Below, piece by piece: positions 1-9,257 of a stretch of DNA of 58,801 nucleotides (position 1 is its first letter; the number at the start of each line of letters is the position of its first letter). A program made the translations under genes and the position numbers. Under the pieces are notes generated by a model. It worked only from the letters and a program-made list of their open reading frames with translations, ran no database searches and was not told the DNA's origin. This stretch comes from Hyphococcus sp. Its GTDB lineage: Bacteria; Pseudomonadota; Alphaproteobacteria; Caulobacterales; Parvularculaceae. Location: positions 1 to 58,801 of the forward strand of contig JAJFGC010000163.1 of NCBI GenBank assembly GCA_021776345.1, in the 5' to 3' direction.

Positions 1-783
1 GAGCGTCATCACCGCGCCGATATAGATCAGCTCATTCGTGCCCGGGAAGGCGCGGGCCAGCGCATAAACCGCAAGCTTGGTTGTGAAGATCGAGAGGATG
101 ATCGTGCCGGTGATGGTCGATTTCGGATAGCTATCCTGAACCCAATTGTGCAAAAGCGGGAACGCCGACTTGATGCCGAAGGCAAGAAACATGACCAGCG
201 CCCCGAGCTTGATCATGCCATTGCCATCGCGCAGGCCGATAAAGTCGAAGGCGAGCGAGCCGGTCTCCCGGAAGACTAAAACGATCCCGCCAAGCAGCAG
301 GACGCCGGAAAGAATCTGGATCGAGAGATAACGCATGCCTGAGAGGTAGGTCGCGCGGGTGCCCGGCGCCCAGACGAGGAAAACGCTCGTAATCGCCGCC
401 ATTTCCCACCAGAAGAAAAGCGTGATCATGTCGCCAGCGAGCACACCGCCAAGCGCCGCCGCGGGATAAGCCAGCATTGCGAAATTCTGCGCCCGGTCTT
501 TCTGCCCCCAGGCGTAAATAATGTTGAGCGCGATGGCGATATGGAACACCACCGCGAAAATCCGCGACAACGGATCGAGACGCACTGTCGTCAGCTGTTC
601 GCCAAAAACCGTGATGGCGCCATATTCACCAATGCCGAGCGTATAAAGCTTGATCGCCGACAGCGCCGTGGCGATGAGGAGAATAATGCTCGCGAGATGC
701 TTCGGCGTCGTCAGCACCATCGCTGCGCCCACGGTGAGGTATACCGCCGGATTGGTAATTAAAATTTCCCAAAGCGCGTTCAT
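1..783 (-). CDS. mrpD: Mrp Na+/H+ antiporter subunit D-like (third paralogue), runs off left edge
   Basis: Hand-translated from ATG at 783 (absent from ORF track): MNALWEILITNP...AGDMITLFFWWEMAA...FGIKSAFPLLHNWVQDSYP...FTTKLAVYALARAFPG. These are MrpD/NuoN-type antiporter motifs. Confidence 0.88.
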   Translation of the reverse strand, partial: MNALWEILITNPAVYLTVGAAMVLTTPKHLASIILLIATALSAIKLYTLGIGEYGAITVFGEQLTTVRLDPLSRIFAVVFHIAIALNIIYAWGQKDRAQNFAMLAYPAAALGGVLAGDMITLFFWWEMAAITSVFLVWAPGTRATYLSGMRYLSIQILSGVLLLGGIVLVFRETGSLAFDFIGLRDGNGMIKLGALVMFLAFGIKSAFPLLHNWVQDSYPKSTITGTIILSIFTTKLAVYALARAFPGTNELIYIGAVMTL

Positions 784-785
784 CC

Positions 786-1067
786 CTATTCGCGCTCCTC
801 ATAATAATCTTCTTTGCGGCCGACCAGCTTACGCAAATGCTGGCCGACAAGAACGATGAACATGAAGGCGGCAAACCCATAAATCGCGAAGAAGATGGGG
901 AACCCTTCGGCTTCAAAATGCGGATGGTCTTTTTGAAAGGCGGGAACAAAGCCTGCGAGCGCCGCAGCAATGCAGGCCACGACAAGCACGCCGACAAAGA
1001 AATTGCGGAATGTTTTGGTATCCGCCCAGCCGGGCTTTTCGTCGGGATTGTGGTGGTGGTCAGTCAT
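786..1067 (-). CDS. Small 2-TM membrane protein within mrp operon
   Basis: 93 aa, two hydrophobic segments, ends RKEDYYEERE; stop lies 2 nt before the next mrpD start. Confidence 0.75.
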   Translation of the reverse strand: MTDHHHNPDEKPGWADTKTFRNFFVGVLVVACIAAALAGFVPAFQKDHPHFEAEGFPIFFAIYGFAAFMFIVLVGQHLRKLVGRKEDYYEERE

Positions 1068-1087
1068 GGCCTCTCTACACTTTCCTT

Positions 1088-1177
1088 GTCATGCCCGGAT
1101 TTATTCCGGGCATCCAGCGCAACAAACTGAAGCGCAAGCGACACGCCCTGGTTTGCCGGAACAAGTCCGGCAATGAC
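1088..1177. repeat. Palindromic REP/RPE-like miniature element
   Basis: GTCATGCCCGGATTTATTCCGGGCATCCA...CTGGTTTGCCGGAACAAGTCCGGCAATGAC: two internal hairpins plus terminal GTCAT/ATGAC inverted repeat, the architecture of alphaproteobacterial intergenic palindromic repeats. Confidence 0.8.
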
Positions 1178-1203
1178 GGTTTTATTGTGAGGTAAGGCTT
1201 CCA

Positions 1204-2727
1204 TCACCCACCCCCGGCGATCGGCAAGAGATAATTATAAAGCGGATCGGCAAAGAAGAAGAGAACGAAGGCGCCCGTTGCGGTGAAGAGCGGCGGCGCG
1301 ATGCACAGGATCGGCGCTTCTTTTAAGTTCCCCCACTGGATGCCGGCGCCGCCTGCCCCTTGGGATTTCGCGTCGCCTCCATCTTCTTCTTTAACGGTGG
1401 GGCTCATGTAGAACGCCTGCACCGGGATCGATAAGAGATAAACCACATTGAGAATCGACGAGATCATCAGGATGGCGATGATCGCCAACTGCCCGGCGTC
1501 TGCGGCGCCGAGCATTAACAGGAATTTGGGCCATGACCCCGCCATCGGCGGCAGGCCGATGATCGACATCGCACCCAGAAAAAACGCGCCGAAGGTGAAC
1601 GGCATCACCCGGCCCAACCCCCGCATTTCCGAAACCAGCGTCTTGTGGTGGGCGACATAAATCGCGCCGGCGCACATGAAGAGGGTCATCTTGCCGAGCG
1701 CATGGGCCGCGATCTGCATCGCCCCGCCCATAACGCCCATTTGCGTTGCGAGCATCGCGCCGAGCGTCACGTAAGATAATTGCGAGACGGTGGAATAGGC
1801 AAGCCGCGCTTTTAAGTTGTCCTTGTGCATGGCGATCGCCGAGGCCAGCAGGATCGAGCCCGCGGCAACCCACATGAACGGAATGCTGGCGCCGGTGTCC
1901 GTCAAAAAGTCGATGCCAAAAATATAAACAACGATTTTCAGGATCGAGAAGACGCCGGCTTTGACGACCGCGACTGCATGGAGGAACGCCGAGACCGGCG
2001 TCGGCGCGACCATGGCGTTTGGCAGCCACGGATGGGCGGGCATGAGCGCCGCCTTGCCGATGCCAAACGCATAAAGCCCGAGAAGCACGCCGGTGATCGG
2101 CGCCACGGCTTCCTTGTGGTCGATGAGAATGCCGCCGACGGTAAAGTCCGTCGTGCCGGTGATGGCATAAGTCCAGACAATCGCGGGCAGCAAAAGCCCG
2201 ATCGATGTCGCCATCAAGACGCCAAGATAAATCCGGCCGCCCTTGCGCGCTTTCTCGTCGCCATAATGGGTGACCAGCGGAAAGGTCGAGAGCGTCAGGA
2301 TTTCATAAAAAATGAAAAGCGTGAAGAGGTTCGCGGCGAAGGCGACGCCGATGGCAGCCGAGATCGCCACCGCAAACGACATGTAAAAGCGCGTTTGGTT
2401 TTTCTCATTATGGCCGCGCATATAACCGATGGAGTAGACCGAGTTAACGAGCCACAAGCCGCTTGCAATCACCGCGAACATTGCGCCAAGCGGCTCGACC
2501 TTGAACTCAATCGGCAGGCCGTCGATCACTTCGATCAACATATAGCCGGGCTGCTGGCCCGAGCCGACCGCGAGGAAAATCATCACCGTTAGCGCCAGCA
2601 GGACGACGGCGGTGATCAGCGTCGCGCCTTCGCGCAGGTTCGGCGACTTATCGAGCAGCCAGATCGCGAGGCAACCGAGCAGCGGCGCAACCAGCGCTAA
2701 AGGAATAGCGAGACCGGGAGTGATCAT
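1204..2727 (-). CDS. mrpD: Mrp antiporter subunit D-family (second paralogue)
   Basis: Motifs FIFYEILT, GIGKAALMPAHPWLPNAMVAPTPVSAFLHA, AYSTVSQLSY. Start set at ATG 2727, which overlaps the upstream TGA (ATGA coupling). Confidence 0.88.
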   Translation of the reverse strand: MITPGLAIPLALVAPLLGCLAIWLLDKSPNLREGATLITAVVLLALTVMIFLAVGSGQQPGYMLIEVIDGLPIEFKVEPLGAMFAVIASGLWLVNSVYSIGYMRGHNEKNQTRFYMSFAVAISAAIGVAFAANLFTLFIFYEILTLSTFPLVTHYGDEKARKGGRIYLGVLMATSIGLLLPAIVWTYAITGTTDFTVGGILIDHKEAVAPITGVLLGLYAFGIGKAALMPAHPWLPNAMVAPTPVSAFLHAVAVVKAGVFSILKIVVYIFGIDFLTDTGASIPFMWVAAGSILLASAIAMHKDNLKARLAYSTVSQLSYVTLGAMLATQMGVMGGAMQIAAHALGKMTLFMCAGAIYVAHHKTLVSEMRGLGRVMPFTFGAFFLGAMSIIGLPPMAGSWPKFLLMLGAADAGQLAIIAILMISSILNVVYLLSIPVQAFYMSPTVKEEDGGDAKSQGAGGAGIQWGNLKEAPILCIAPPLFTATGAFVLFFFADPLYNYLLPIAGGG

Positions 2728-4229
2728 GGCGCGCCTCCCGCGGTGAGCATCAAGGCTTCGGCGGCGCGCGTTGCGATATCGACGGTAAGGCCAGTCCTGA
2801 CGCCGAAATAAATATTCGCGCCGACCAGCACCCACATCGGGATCAACATCGAGAGCGGCGCATCCTTCGCCGGGATCGCATAACGCCCCTCTTCATGGGG
2901 CTCGCGCAGGAGCATCACTTCGGCAATGCGGCCAATATATAAAACCGCGATCAGCGAACTCGCGACAATCAAAAAGCCCGCATACCAATGCCCGGCTGCG
3001 AAAGCGGCTTCCAACAGATACCATTTGGAAACAAAGCCAACGGTGAGCGGTACGCCGATCAGCGACAGGCCGCTGAGGATGAAGGCCCAGGTCGTCACCG
3101 GCATGCGCTTCGACAAGCCGGCAAAGGCATCAATGGAGTGAGAGCCGGCGCGAAAGACGACACAGGCAACCGCCATAAACAGGGCGCCTTTCATCAGCGC
3201 GTGGTTGAAAACATGAACCAGCGTCGCCGTCAGCCCTTCAACGGTTGCAAAGGAAAGCCCCAGCAACATGTAGCCGATCTGCGCCACTGACGAATACGCC
3301 AGCATCCGCTTTACGTCTTCCTGGAAGAGCGCCACGAACGAGGCGACAAACATGCCCGCAAGACCGAGCGGCAACAGAACCCAGGTGAAGGCGGCCGCCT
3401 CAAACGCAAAATCGAAACCGAAGACCGAATAGAAAAACCGGATCAACACATAAACCGCGACCTTGGTGGCGGTCGCGGCGATAAAGGCGGACACCGCCGA
3501 CGGCGCATGCGCATAAGCATTTGGCAGCCACAGGTGAAGCGGGAACATCGCCAGCTTCAGGCCGACGCCAACAACAATAAAAGCAAAGCCGGCCCCAACG
3601 ACGCGGCTCGAATTGCCGGCAAGTTTATCGTGAAGGTCCGCCATATTGAGCGTGCCGGTCGCCTGATAGAGAAGGCCGATGCCGATGACAAAGAAGGTCG
3701 CGCCGATGGTGCCCATGACAAGATAGTTGAACGCAGCGGTCAATGCGCGCCGGTCTCGCCGGGCGCCCATCGCAATCAACGCATAGGTCGACAGCGATGA
3801 AATTTCCAAAAATACAAAGACGTTGAACGCGTCGCCGGTGATGGTGACGCCAAGGAGCCCGGTCATGCAGATCAGCATCGCACAGTAAAAGAACGTCGAC
3901 TGGCGTTCGTCGATTTCCAGTCGGACTGAAGCGTAGGCGAACGGAAAGACAACCGCGGCGATGCCCGACACCAGCATAAGAACAAGGGCGTTCGCAAGAT
4001 CGATGCGGTATTCAATGCCCAAAGGCGGCGCCCAGTCGCCGAGATGATACGAGATGACGCCGACATCCGAGACCGCAGCCAGCAAAAATGCACACGCCGC
4101 AAAGGTCAGCCAGCTGACAAAGGTCGCAAACAGATGCGGCGCCCGGCCCTGTGGCAGCAGCAACGTCACCGGCGCCAGGATTAATGGCGTGATGACCGGG
4201 AGGACGGGAAGCTGTTCGGCGAAGTTCAT
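2724..4229 (-). CDS. mrpD: Mrp antiporter subunit D
   Basis: 501 aa; GDAFNVFVFLEISS, KLAMFPLHLWLPNAY, KRMLAYSSVAQIGY, NHALMKGALF. Confidence 0.92.
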   Translation of the reverse strand: MNFAEQLPVLPVITPLILAPVTLLLPQGRAPHLFATFVSWLTFAACAFLLAAVSDVGVISYHLGDWAPPLGIEYRIDLANALVLMLVSGIAAVVFPFAYASVRLEIDERQSTFFYCAMLICMTGLLGVTITGDAFNVFVFLEISSLSTYALIAMGARRDRRALTAAFNYLVMGTIGATFFVIGIGLLYQATGTLNMADLHDKLAGNSSRVVGAGFAFIVVGVGLKLAMFPLHLWLPNAYAHAPSAVSAFIAATATKVAVYVLIRFFYSVFGFDFAFEAAAFTWVLLPLGLAGMFVASFVALFQEDVKRMLAYSSVAQIGYMLLGLSFATVEGLTATLVHVFNHALMKGALFMAVACVVFRAGSHSIDAFAGLSKRMPVTTWAFILSGLSLIGVPLTVGFVSKWYLLEAAFAAGHWYAGFLIVASSLIAVLYIGRIAEVMLLREPHEEGRYAIPAKDAPLSMLIPMWVLVGANIYFGVRTGLTVDIATRAAEALMLTAGGAP

Positions 4230-5008
4230 GAGGCCAATCCCGCGGCGGCGGTGTCGCCGAACTCGGCGACATTATCCATCGTCTCCAGTTCGTCTTCTTC
4301 AATAGTGCCGTAAGCCTCGCGGATGCGCACGGCGAGCGCGAGGCCTACCGCTGTTGTCGCGACGCCAACAACAATCGCCGTCAGGATTAAGACATGGGGC
4401 AACGGGTTGGTGTAAATCACCTCGCTTGAATGATGGACGACGTCGGCGAGCGCATTCGCGGCGTCCGCCCCGCCCTCGACCTCAAACCCTGGCGCCGCCG
4501 GCTTTTCGAGATGAAGAAGGGAGTCATTGGCAATTTTGTCTGCGCCATCCGGCGCCGTATGAAGCGAACCGGCATCAGCCGAAGGCTCGACACTCTCGAG
4601 ACCCGCTTTCAGATCATTGGCGGCGAAGGTGTTTTCAATTTTTGAGCTAAGCGCCTCGCTGGCGTGCTCTTCAGCGTGGGGCAGCGCGTTGGCGCCATCT
4701 TCAGCGGGCGCCTGGTGCAATGATTCACTGCCATCACCGACCACAGTCTCATGCCCTGCGGCCACGCCTTCCCCATGGCCAGCATCGTCACCATGATCCA
4801 GCTCGCCGTCAATATAAATCGGCGCGGTGCCGCCGGCGATCTTGCCGATGGTGATGTAGAAAATGAAAACCGACGTCTGAAAAAGATTGAGCCCAACAAT
4901 TTTCTTTACCAGATTGCCGCGGGCGAAAACGATGTATAGACCAGTCATCATCAGGACAATGACGATCCAGTAATTGTATCGGTCGAGAACAAATTCAAAC
5001 CAGCCCAT
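4226..5008 (-). CDS. mrpC: Mrp antiporter subunit C with long hydrophilic insertion
   Basis: N-terminal GNLVKKIVGLNLFQTSVF..GGTAPI and C-terminal NPLPHVLILTAIVVGVATTAVGLAL..YGTIEEDE are MrpC/NuoK signatures; 260 aa in total. Confidence 0.88.
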   Translation of the reverse strand: MGWFEFVLDRYNYWIVIVLMMTGLYIVFARGNLVKKIVGLNLFQTSVFIFYITIGKIAGGTAPIYIDGELDHGDDAGHGEGVAAGHETVVGDGSESLHQAPAEDGANALPHAEEHASEALSSKIENTFAANDLKAGLESVEPSADAGSLHTAPDGADKIANDSLLHLEKPAAPGFEVEGGADAANALADVVHHSSEVIYTNPLPHVLILTAIVVGVATTAVGLALAVRIREAYGTIEEDELETMDNVAEFGDTAAAGLAS

Positions 5009-5013
5009 CAGGT

Positions 5014-5454
5014 CTACCAGTCCTCCTGGTCGATATCGCGTTCACGCCCGGTGAAATGATAGAAGATGGTCAACATGGTTGAGGCGACAGTGACGCCAAC
5101 GCCCCACTCCACCAGCAATATGCCGTAATGCTGGCCCGCATGGTGGGTCGATTCCGGATCAATCGCATCATAGCCGAGAAGGTTGGCGCCAAGCAGCATG
5201 GTCGCAACGCCAGTGCCTGCATAAAACAAAAGCCCGATCACCATCGCAATGATCAGCGCCTTTTGCGGCAAGGCTTTCTTCGTCGCCTCAAGGCCGAAAC
5301 AAAAGGCGTGAAGAATAAACGCCACGGCAAATATGACGCCCGCCTGAAAGCCGCCGCCAGGCCCATAATCGCCGTGAAATTGCACATAGAGCGCAAACAG
5401 AATGATCGGCGCGAAGAGGATCTTCGTCGTCACTTTTAAGATCGCGTGATCCAT
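5014..5454 (-). CDS. mrpB: Mrp antiporter subunit B
   Basis: HGDYGPGGGFQAGVI MnhB signature. Confidence 0.9.
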   Translation of the reverse strand: MDHAILKVTTKILFAPIILFALYVQFHGDYGPGGGFQAGVIFAVAFILHAFCFGLEATKKALPQKALIIAMVIGLLFYAGTGVATMLLGANLLGYDAIDPESTHHAGQHYGILLVEWGVGVTVASTMLTIFYHFTGRERDIDQEDW

Positions 5455-6059
5455 CAGCTCTTCTCCTCACCCTGATCATCAAGATCGGAGATTTCCCGAC
5501 CGCCGCGAACAGACCCGGCGCCGAGAAGCAGAATAACGGCAATGCCCGCCGTGAAGATCACCATCGTTTCGCCGAGCGTATCAAAACCCCGATAGCTCGC
5601 CAGCACGGCGGTTACGATGTTTGGCACGGCGATGTCACTTGGCGTTTCATCGACATAGGCCTGACCGACATATTTATTCGCCGGCGCTTCAGGATCGCCA
5701 AAGGCCGGCATATCAATCGTTGCGTAAACCAGCGCCGCGCCAGTCAACAGGGTAACAGCAAGCGCCACTGGCGCGCGGCCGGGCACAACCGGCTTTTCCC
5801 GGCGCGCCGTGAGGAGCATGCCGCCGAGCATCAATACGGTGGAGATGCCCGCGCCGACCGCGGCTTCAGTAAACGCCACGTCCACCGCATCGAGCGAGAC
5901 AAAGAACGAGGCCGAGAGGAGCGAGAAGATTCCCGACAGCATCACCACTGCAAACAAATGCCGTGAGCGGAGCATCGCAAAAGCAACAAGGACCAGCATG
6001 GTCAACAGTGACAGATCGAGAAAAACGATTGGCGACAATTCAGCGTGAAATTCGTTCAT
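5454..6059 (-). CDS. Mrp subunit B-related (DUF4040 / MrpA C-terminal-like) protein
   Basis: AVDVAFTEAAVGAG and PNIVTAVLASYRGFDTLGE motifs. Confidence 0.85.
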   Translation of the reverse strand: MNEFHAELSPIVFLDLSLLTMLVLVAFAMLRSRHLFAVVMLSGIFSLLSASFFVSLDAVDVAFTEAAVGAGISTVLMLGGMLLTARREKPVVPGRAPVALAVTLLTGAALVYATIDMPAFGDPEAPANKYVGQAYVDETPSDIAVPNIVTAVLASYRGFDTLGETMVIFTAGIAVILLLGAGSVRGGREISDLDDQGEEKS

Positions 6060-6415
6060 TTGCCGTCCCCTTCATAGCGAAGCTCGGGCCCTTGCATTGG
6101 TTTAAACCCGGTCATCCAGGCCGCGTGCGCAATCGCATGGGTCGCCACCGGCGAGGTCAGCCCCAAAAAGACGGCGATGAAGGCGAGCTTGGCGAAAATC
6201 AGCCAGCTGTTCCCATATTCCGGGCTGAACGCCTGCAACATCATGGCGAAGACAATGAGCTCGGCGCCCGCGGTGTCGGTGACGCCAGCGGCATGAAGCC
6301 GGGTGAAGAAATCAGGAAAACGGACAATGCCAATGGCGCCGGTCACCACCGCGGCGCCGCCGACCAGCATCAATCCCCAGGAAAGAACATCGCGCACCAG
6401 AAACCAATCGATCAT
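6056..6415 (-). CDS. mrpG: Mrp antiporter subunit G
   Basis: GIVRFPDFFTRLHAAG..., TSPVATHAIA. Confidence 0.9.
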   Translation of the reverse strand: MIDWFLVRDVLSWGLMLVGGAAVVTGAIGIVRFPDFFTRLHAAGVTDTAGAELIVFAMMLQAFSPEYGNSWLIFAKLAFIAVFLGLTSPVATHAIAHAAWMTGFKPMQGPELRYEGDGK

Positions 6416-6711
6416 GCTGCACCCTCCTTGTTGATCGGCGCAGCCGGATCGCCTTTTGGTTTGCGGTATGAGAAAAACCGCAGGATCGCGATCGTCGCGG
6501 CGAAGTTGATCAGCGCATAAAGCAGCGCAATGTCGAGAAAATCCGGCCGGCCGGTTAAAAAACCCATGACACCGATCAAGAGCACCGTCTTGGTGCCAAA
6601 GGAGTTGCCCGCAAGCACTCGGTCATAAAGCGACGGGCCGGCAAAAGCGCGGATTAGCGCCAGCACCATGGCAATGACGATCGCAATGGTCGCCACGGCG
6701 AACATCGTCAT
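6412..6711 (-). CDS. mrpF: Mrp antiporter subunit F
   Basis: GPSLYDRVLA, FLDIALLYALINF. Confidence 0.9.
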   Translation of the reverse strand: MTMFAVATIAIVIAMVLALIRAFAGPSLYDRVLAGNSFGTKTVLLIGVMGFLTGRPDFLDIALLYALINFAATIAILRFFSYRKPKGDPAAPINKEGAA

Positions 6712-7190
6712 GCCCTGCCTCGCTCAATTTTTGCGACCCGCGCGCCCATGTCGGCGATGCCGGCCTCATCGGAAAGCTCTTCGGTGAGGCCATGGACGAG
6801 GATTTCATCCTCGCCAAGGTCAATGCTCACTGTGCCCGGCGTCAGCGTGATTGAATTGGCAAAAATCACTTTACCGACAATCGAGCGCGGCGGGTTTGGT
6901 ACTGTGAAAAGTTTTGGCGAAAGTTTCGGCTCAACCGCAAGCGCCTGGCGCGCAACCATTATGTTCGCCTTGCCGATTTCCACCGTCAGCCAGACCATAT
7001 AGCCAAAGATGCCGGGGAAAACACCGGCAGGGACGCCCTCCGCATCAAGCACACCGGCGCGGTGAGCCAGCCAGGCGGAGAAGATCACCGATCCAGCGCC
7101 AAAGATCAGCAGCAATGGCTTGTCGAAATAGCCTGACAGCAACAGCCAGACTACTGCCAACACCACAACGAGAATGATAAACCGCCCCAT
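6708..7190 (-). CDS. mrpE: Mrp antiporter subunit E
   Basis: FANSITLTPGTVSID..ILVHGL signature; ATG at 7190. Confidence 0.9.
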   Translation of the reverse strand: MGRFIILVVVLAVVWLLLSGYFDKPLLLIFGAGSVIFSAWLAHRAGVLDAEGVPAGVFPGIFGYMVWLTVEIGKANIMVARQALAVEPKLSPKLFTVPNPPRSIVGKVIFANSITLTPGTVSIDLGEDEILVHGLTEELSDEAGIADMGARVAKIERGRA

Positions 7191-7567
7191 CAACCCTGCT
7201 TTTCATCGAGGGTGTCTGAAAAGCCGCCCGGCTTCAAAAACCCTTTGAATAAAGACCCAATCCGTTCGACTAACACCGCGAACTGAGTCGCCCCCGGAAA
7301 CAACATGGACGGGCGCTCACAACAACACCGGGAACCGGCGCGGCGTATTAAGCCTCAGAATTTCGCAGATTTGACGGAGAAATCAACGGCTTGGGGGCGG
7401 AAAAGCACGAAATCGCCGCGCCATCCGTTTCGGCTTGTGGAAAACTGGGCCAAGGCGCCGGGGCGATAAAGTGGGCGCGGGCGAAAAAGTGGGCGCCGGT
7501 TTTCCGCATTCCCGGCGCGACCACTAAAACTCGATCAGCGGATGACTTCAATAAACCGCGCGATGAT

Positions 7568-8182
7568 CTAGTTACGGCGGTCGCAGGCGATTTCCCAGCT
7601 GTAAAACAGGTTCTCACCGGTTGTCGGGTCAACATTGCCGCTGCGCCATTTGAAGCTTGATTTTTTGATGTCATAAAATTCGAGCCGGCTAATGACATCC
7701 TTATCGTCGAGTTTGGCGCCGGGGCTATCGAGAACGATGTCGCCGCCCTTGCCGCCGCCTGTCCATTCCCCGGCGAAGAAAAACTTCTGACCCAGCATGT
7801 ACCAGACATGCCACTCCTTTGTCCCCGGGTTGTAGACGCGTTGGCTTGCTGGCGCGCTCTCGCCCAGGCGAAAGACATCGCGCACGCCATACCCGTTCAT
7901 ATTGTAATACCAGGTCCACATTGCGGTCGCTTCAATGCTTTCGCCAGTCTGATAGTTGTGGCGCTGCGACACGCACTCATGGGCGCCGATAAGCCGGTCG
8001 AAAACACGCGCTTCGTTATCGGTTTGAGCGGGGTTCGCCATGCCGAATGGATGAGAAAGACTTGGATCATAGGGCCACTGATTTTCAGCCGTAGCGCCGG
8101 TGACAAACGCGCCCCACGCGCACAACGCTAAAGCCATTATTGATTTCATCTGCGTAAATAGAGCTTTCTGTAGCTTTACCAT
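7568..8182 (-). CDS. Hypothetical exported beta-rich protein (possibly DUF1579-like)
   Basis: Signal-peptide-like N-terminus (ALALCAWGAFVTGATA), Trp/Tyr-rich beta-strand pattern; divergent from AraC. Start uncertain. Confidence 0.6.
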   Translation of the reverse strand: MVKLQKALFTQMKSIMALALCAWGAFVTGATAENQWPYDPSLSHPFGMANPAQTDNEARVFDRLIGAHECVSQRHNYQTGESIEATAMWTWYYNMNGYGVRDVFRLGESAPASQRVYNPGTKEWHVWYMLGQKFFFAGEWTGGGKGGDIVLDSPGAKLDDKDVISRLEFYDIKKSSFKWRSGNVDPTTGENLFYSWEIACDRRN

Positions 8183-8336
8183 GTTCAAATCCTCGCAAAA
8201 AACCGGCGGCACGACGCCGCCAACACTCCGTTGGTTTCATTTCCCCGATAATTATCATGGCGCTGCCTGCTGCGAAGCCGTAAACTGCGCCGCGACGGAG
8301 AATTAGCAATATGAGCAACGCGCCAAGGGCAAACCG

Positions 8337-9221
8337 ATGCTGATCCTAGATTATGCTCCCGCTCTGAATGCCGATCATGCGTCGGACTTTTATCAGCGCG
8401 CCGCACGCGAAGGCATGGTTCATTCGTCAATCATGCGCGGCGAGCATTACGACATAAGTCCGCATTTCAATGAAGCTTGGGCGAGCCCGGCAGTCACATG
8501 GTCTTGCGGCGGCGAGGAGGCCTATCATTTCTCAGGCAAGCGCACCATTGCAATCCGCAGCGCCGGCGCCCTCTCGATCGCGGCAGGCGACCGCTACGCC
8601 TATGACGCAAGCGCCGAAGCTTCGTTTCGCTCCAACATGATCATCTTCCCGCGTTGGTTCGCGGGGCCGGGTGATGACGACGAGATTGAAGGCGCAACGT
8701 CTTGCAAAGAACTCGGGACAAAACTTTTTCATCCGACAGGCAAGACGCTTGAACGCATGGCAGCGACCATACTCTTATGCATCCGCCACGACTTGACCAG
8801 TGAACAGTGTACAGAACAATTAGCCCTGCTCTATCAACACCTCATCGACGACCAACATGACAGGGGCATTGACAATGTCGATGCGGCCAAACGCTCAACC
8901 AGAGCCGAACTGGCGCGGCGGATAGACGTTGGCGTTCAATTCATTCTTGAATGCTACGGCAATCCGGCCCTCACCATCCCCGACATCGCCAGCGCCGCGT
9001 GCCTGTCGCGATTTCACCTGATCAGGGTTTTCAAAGCCCATATGGGGCAAACGCCAATCCAATATCTAACCCATGTTCGATTAGCCGCGGCGATGCGGCT
9101 GCTGACAGAATGCGCCATGCCGGTTAAGGCCATTGCCGCCGCGGTTGGCTATGAAAATCGAACCGCCTTCAGCCGTGCGTTCACGCGCCACTATGGCGCC
9201 GCACCATCGTCTTTTCGGTAA
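8337..9221 (+). CDS. AraC family transcriptional regulator
   Basis: C-terminal double HTH: LTIPDIASAACLSRFHLIRVFK...IAAAVGYENRTAFSRAFTRHYG. Confidence 0.9.
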   Translation: MLILDYAPALNADHASDFYQRAAREGMVHSSIMRGEHYDISPHFNEAWASPAVTWSCGGEEAYHFSGKRTIAIRSAGALSIAAGDRYAYDASAEASFRSNMIIFPRWFAGPGDDDEIEGATSCKELGTKLFHPTGKTLERMAATILLCIRHDLTSEQCTEQLALLYQHLIDDQHDRGIDNVDAAKRSTRAELARRIDVGVQFILECYGNPALTIPDIASAACLSRFHLIRVFKAHMGQTPIQYLTHVRLAAAMRLLTECAMPVKAIAAAVGYENRTAFSRAFTRHYGAAPSSFR

Positions 9222-9257
9222 TTTCGCGCCTAAGCGCACAATGATTAAGGGCTTGCC

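Noticed and set aside
2728-2835. N-terminal extension of the second mrpD in the ORF track
   Set aside because: Overlaps the upstream mrpD coding region; ATGA coupling at 2727 gives a clean hydrophobic start.
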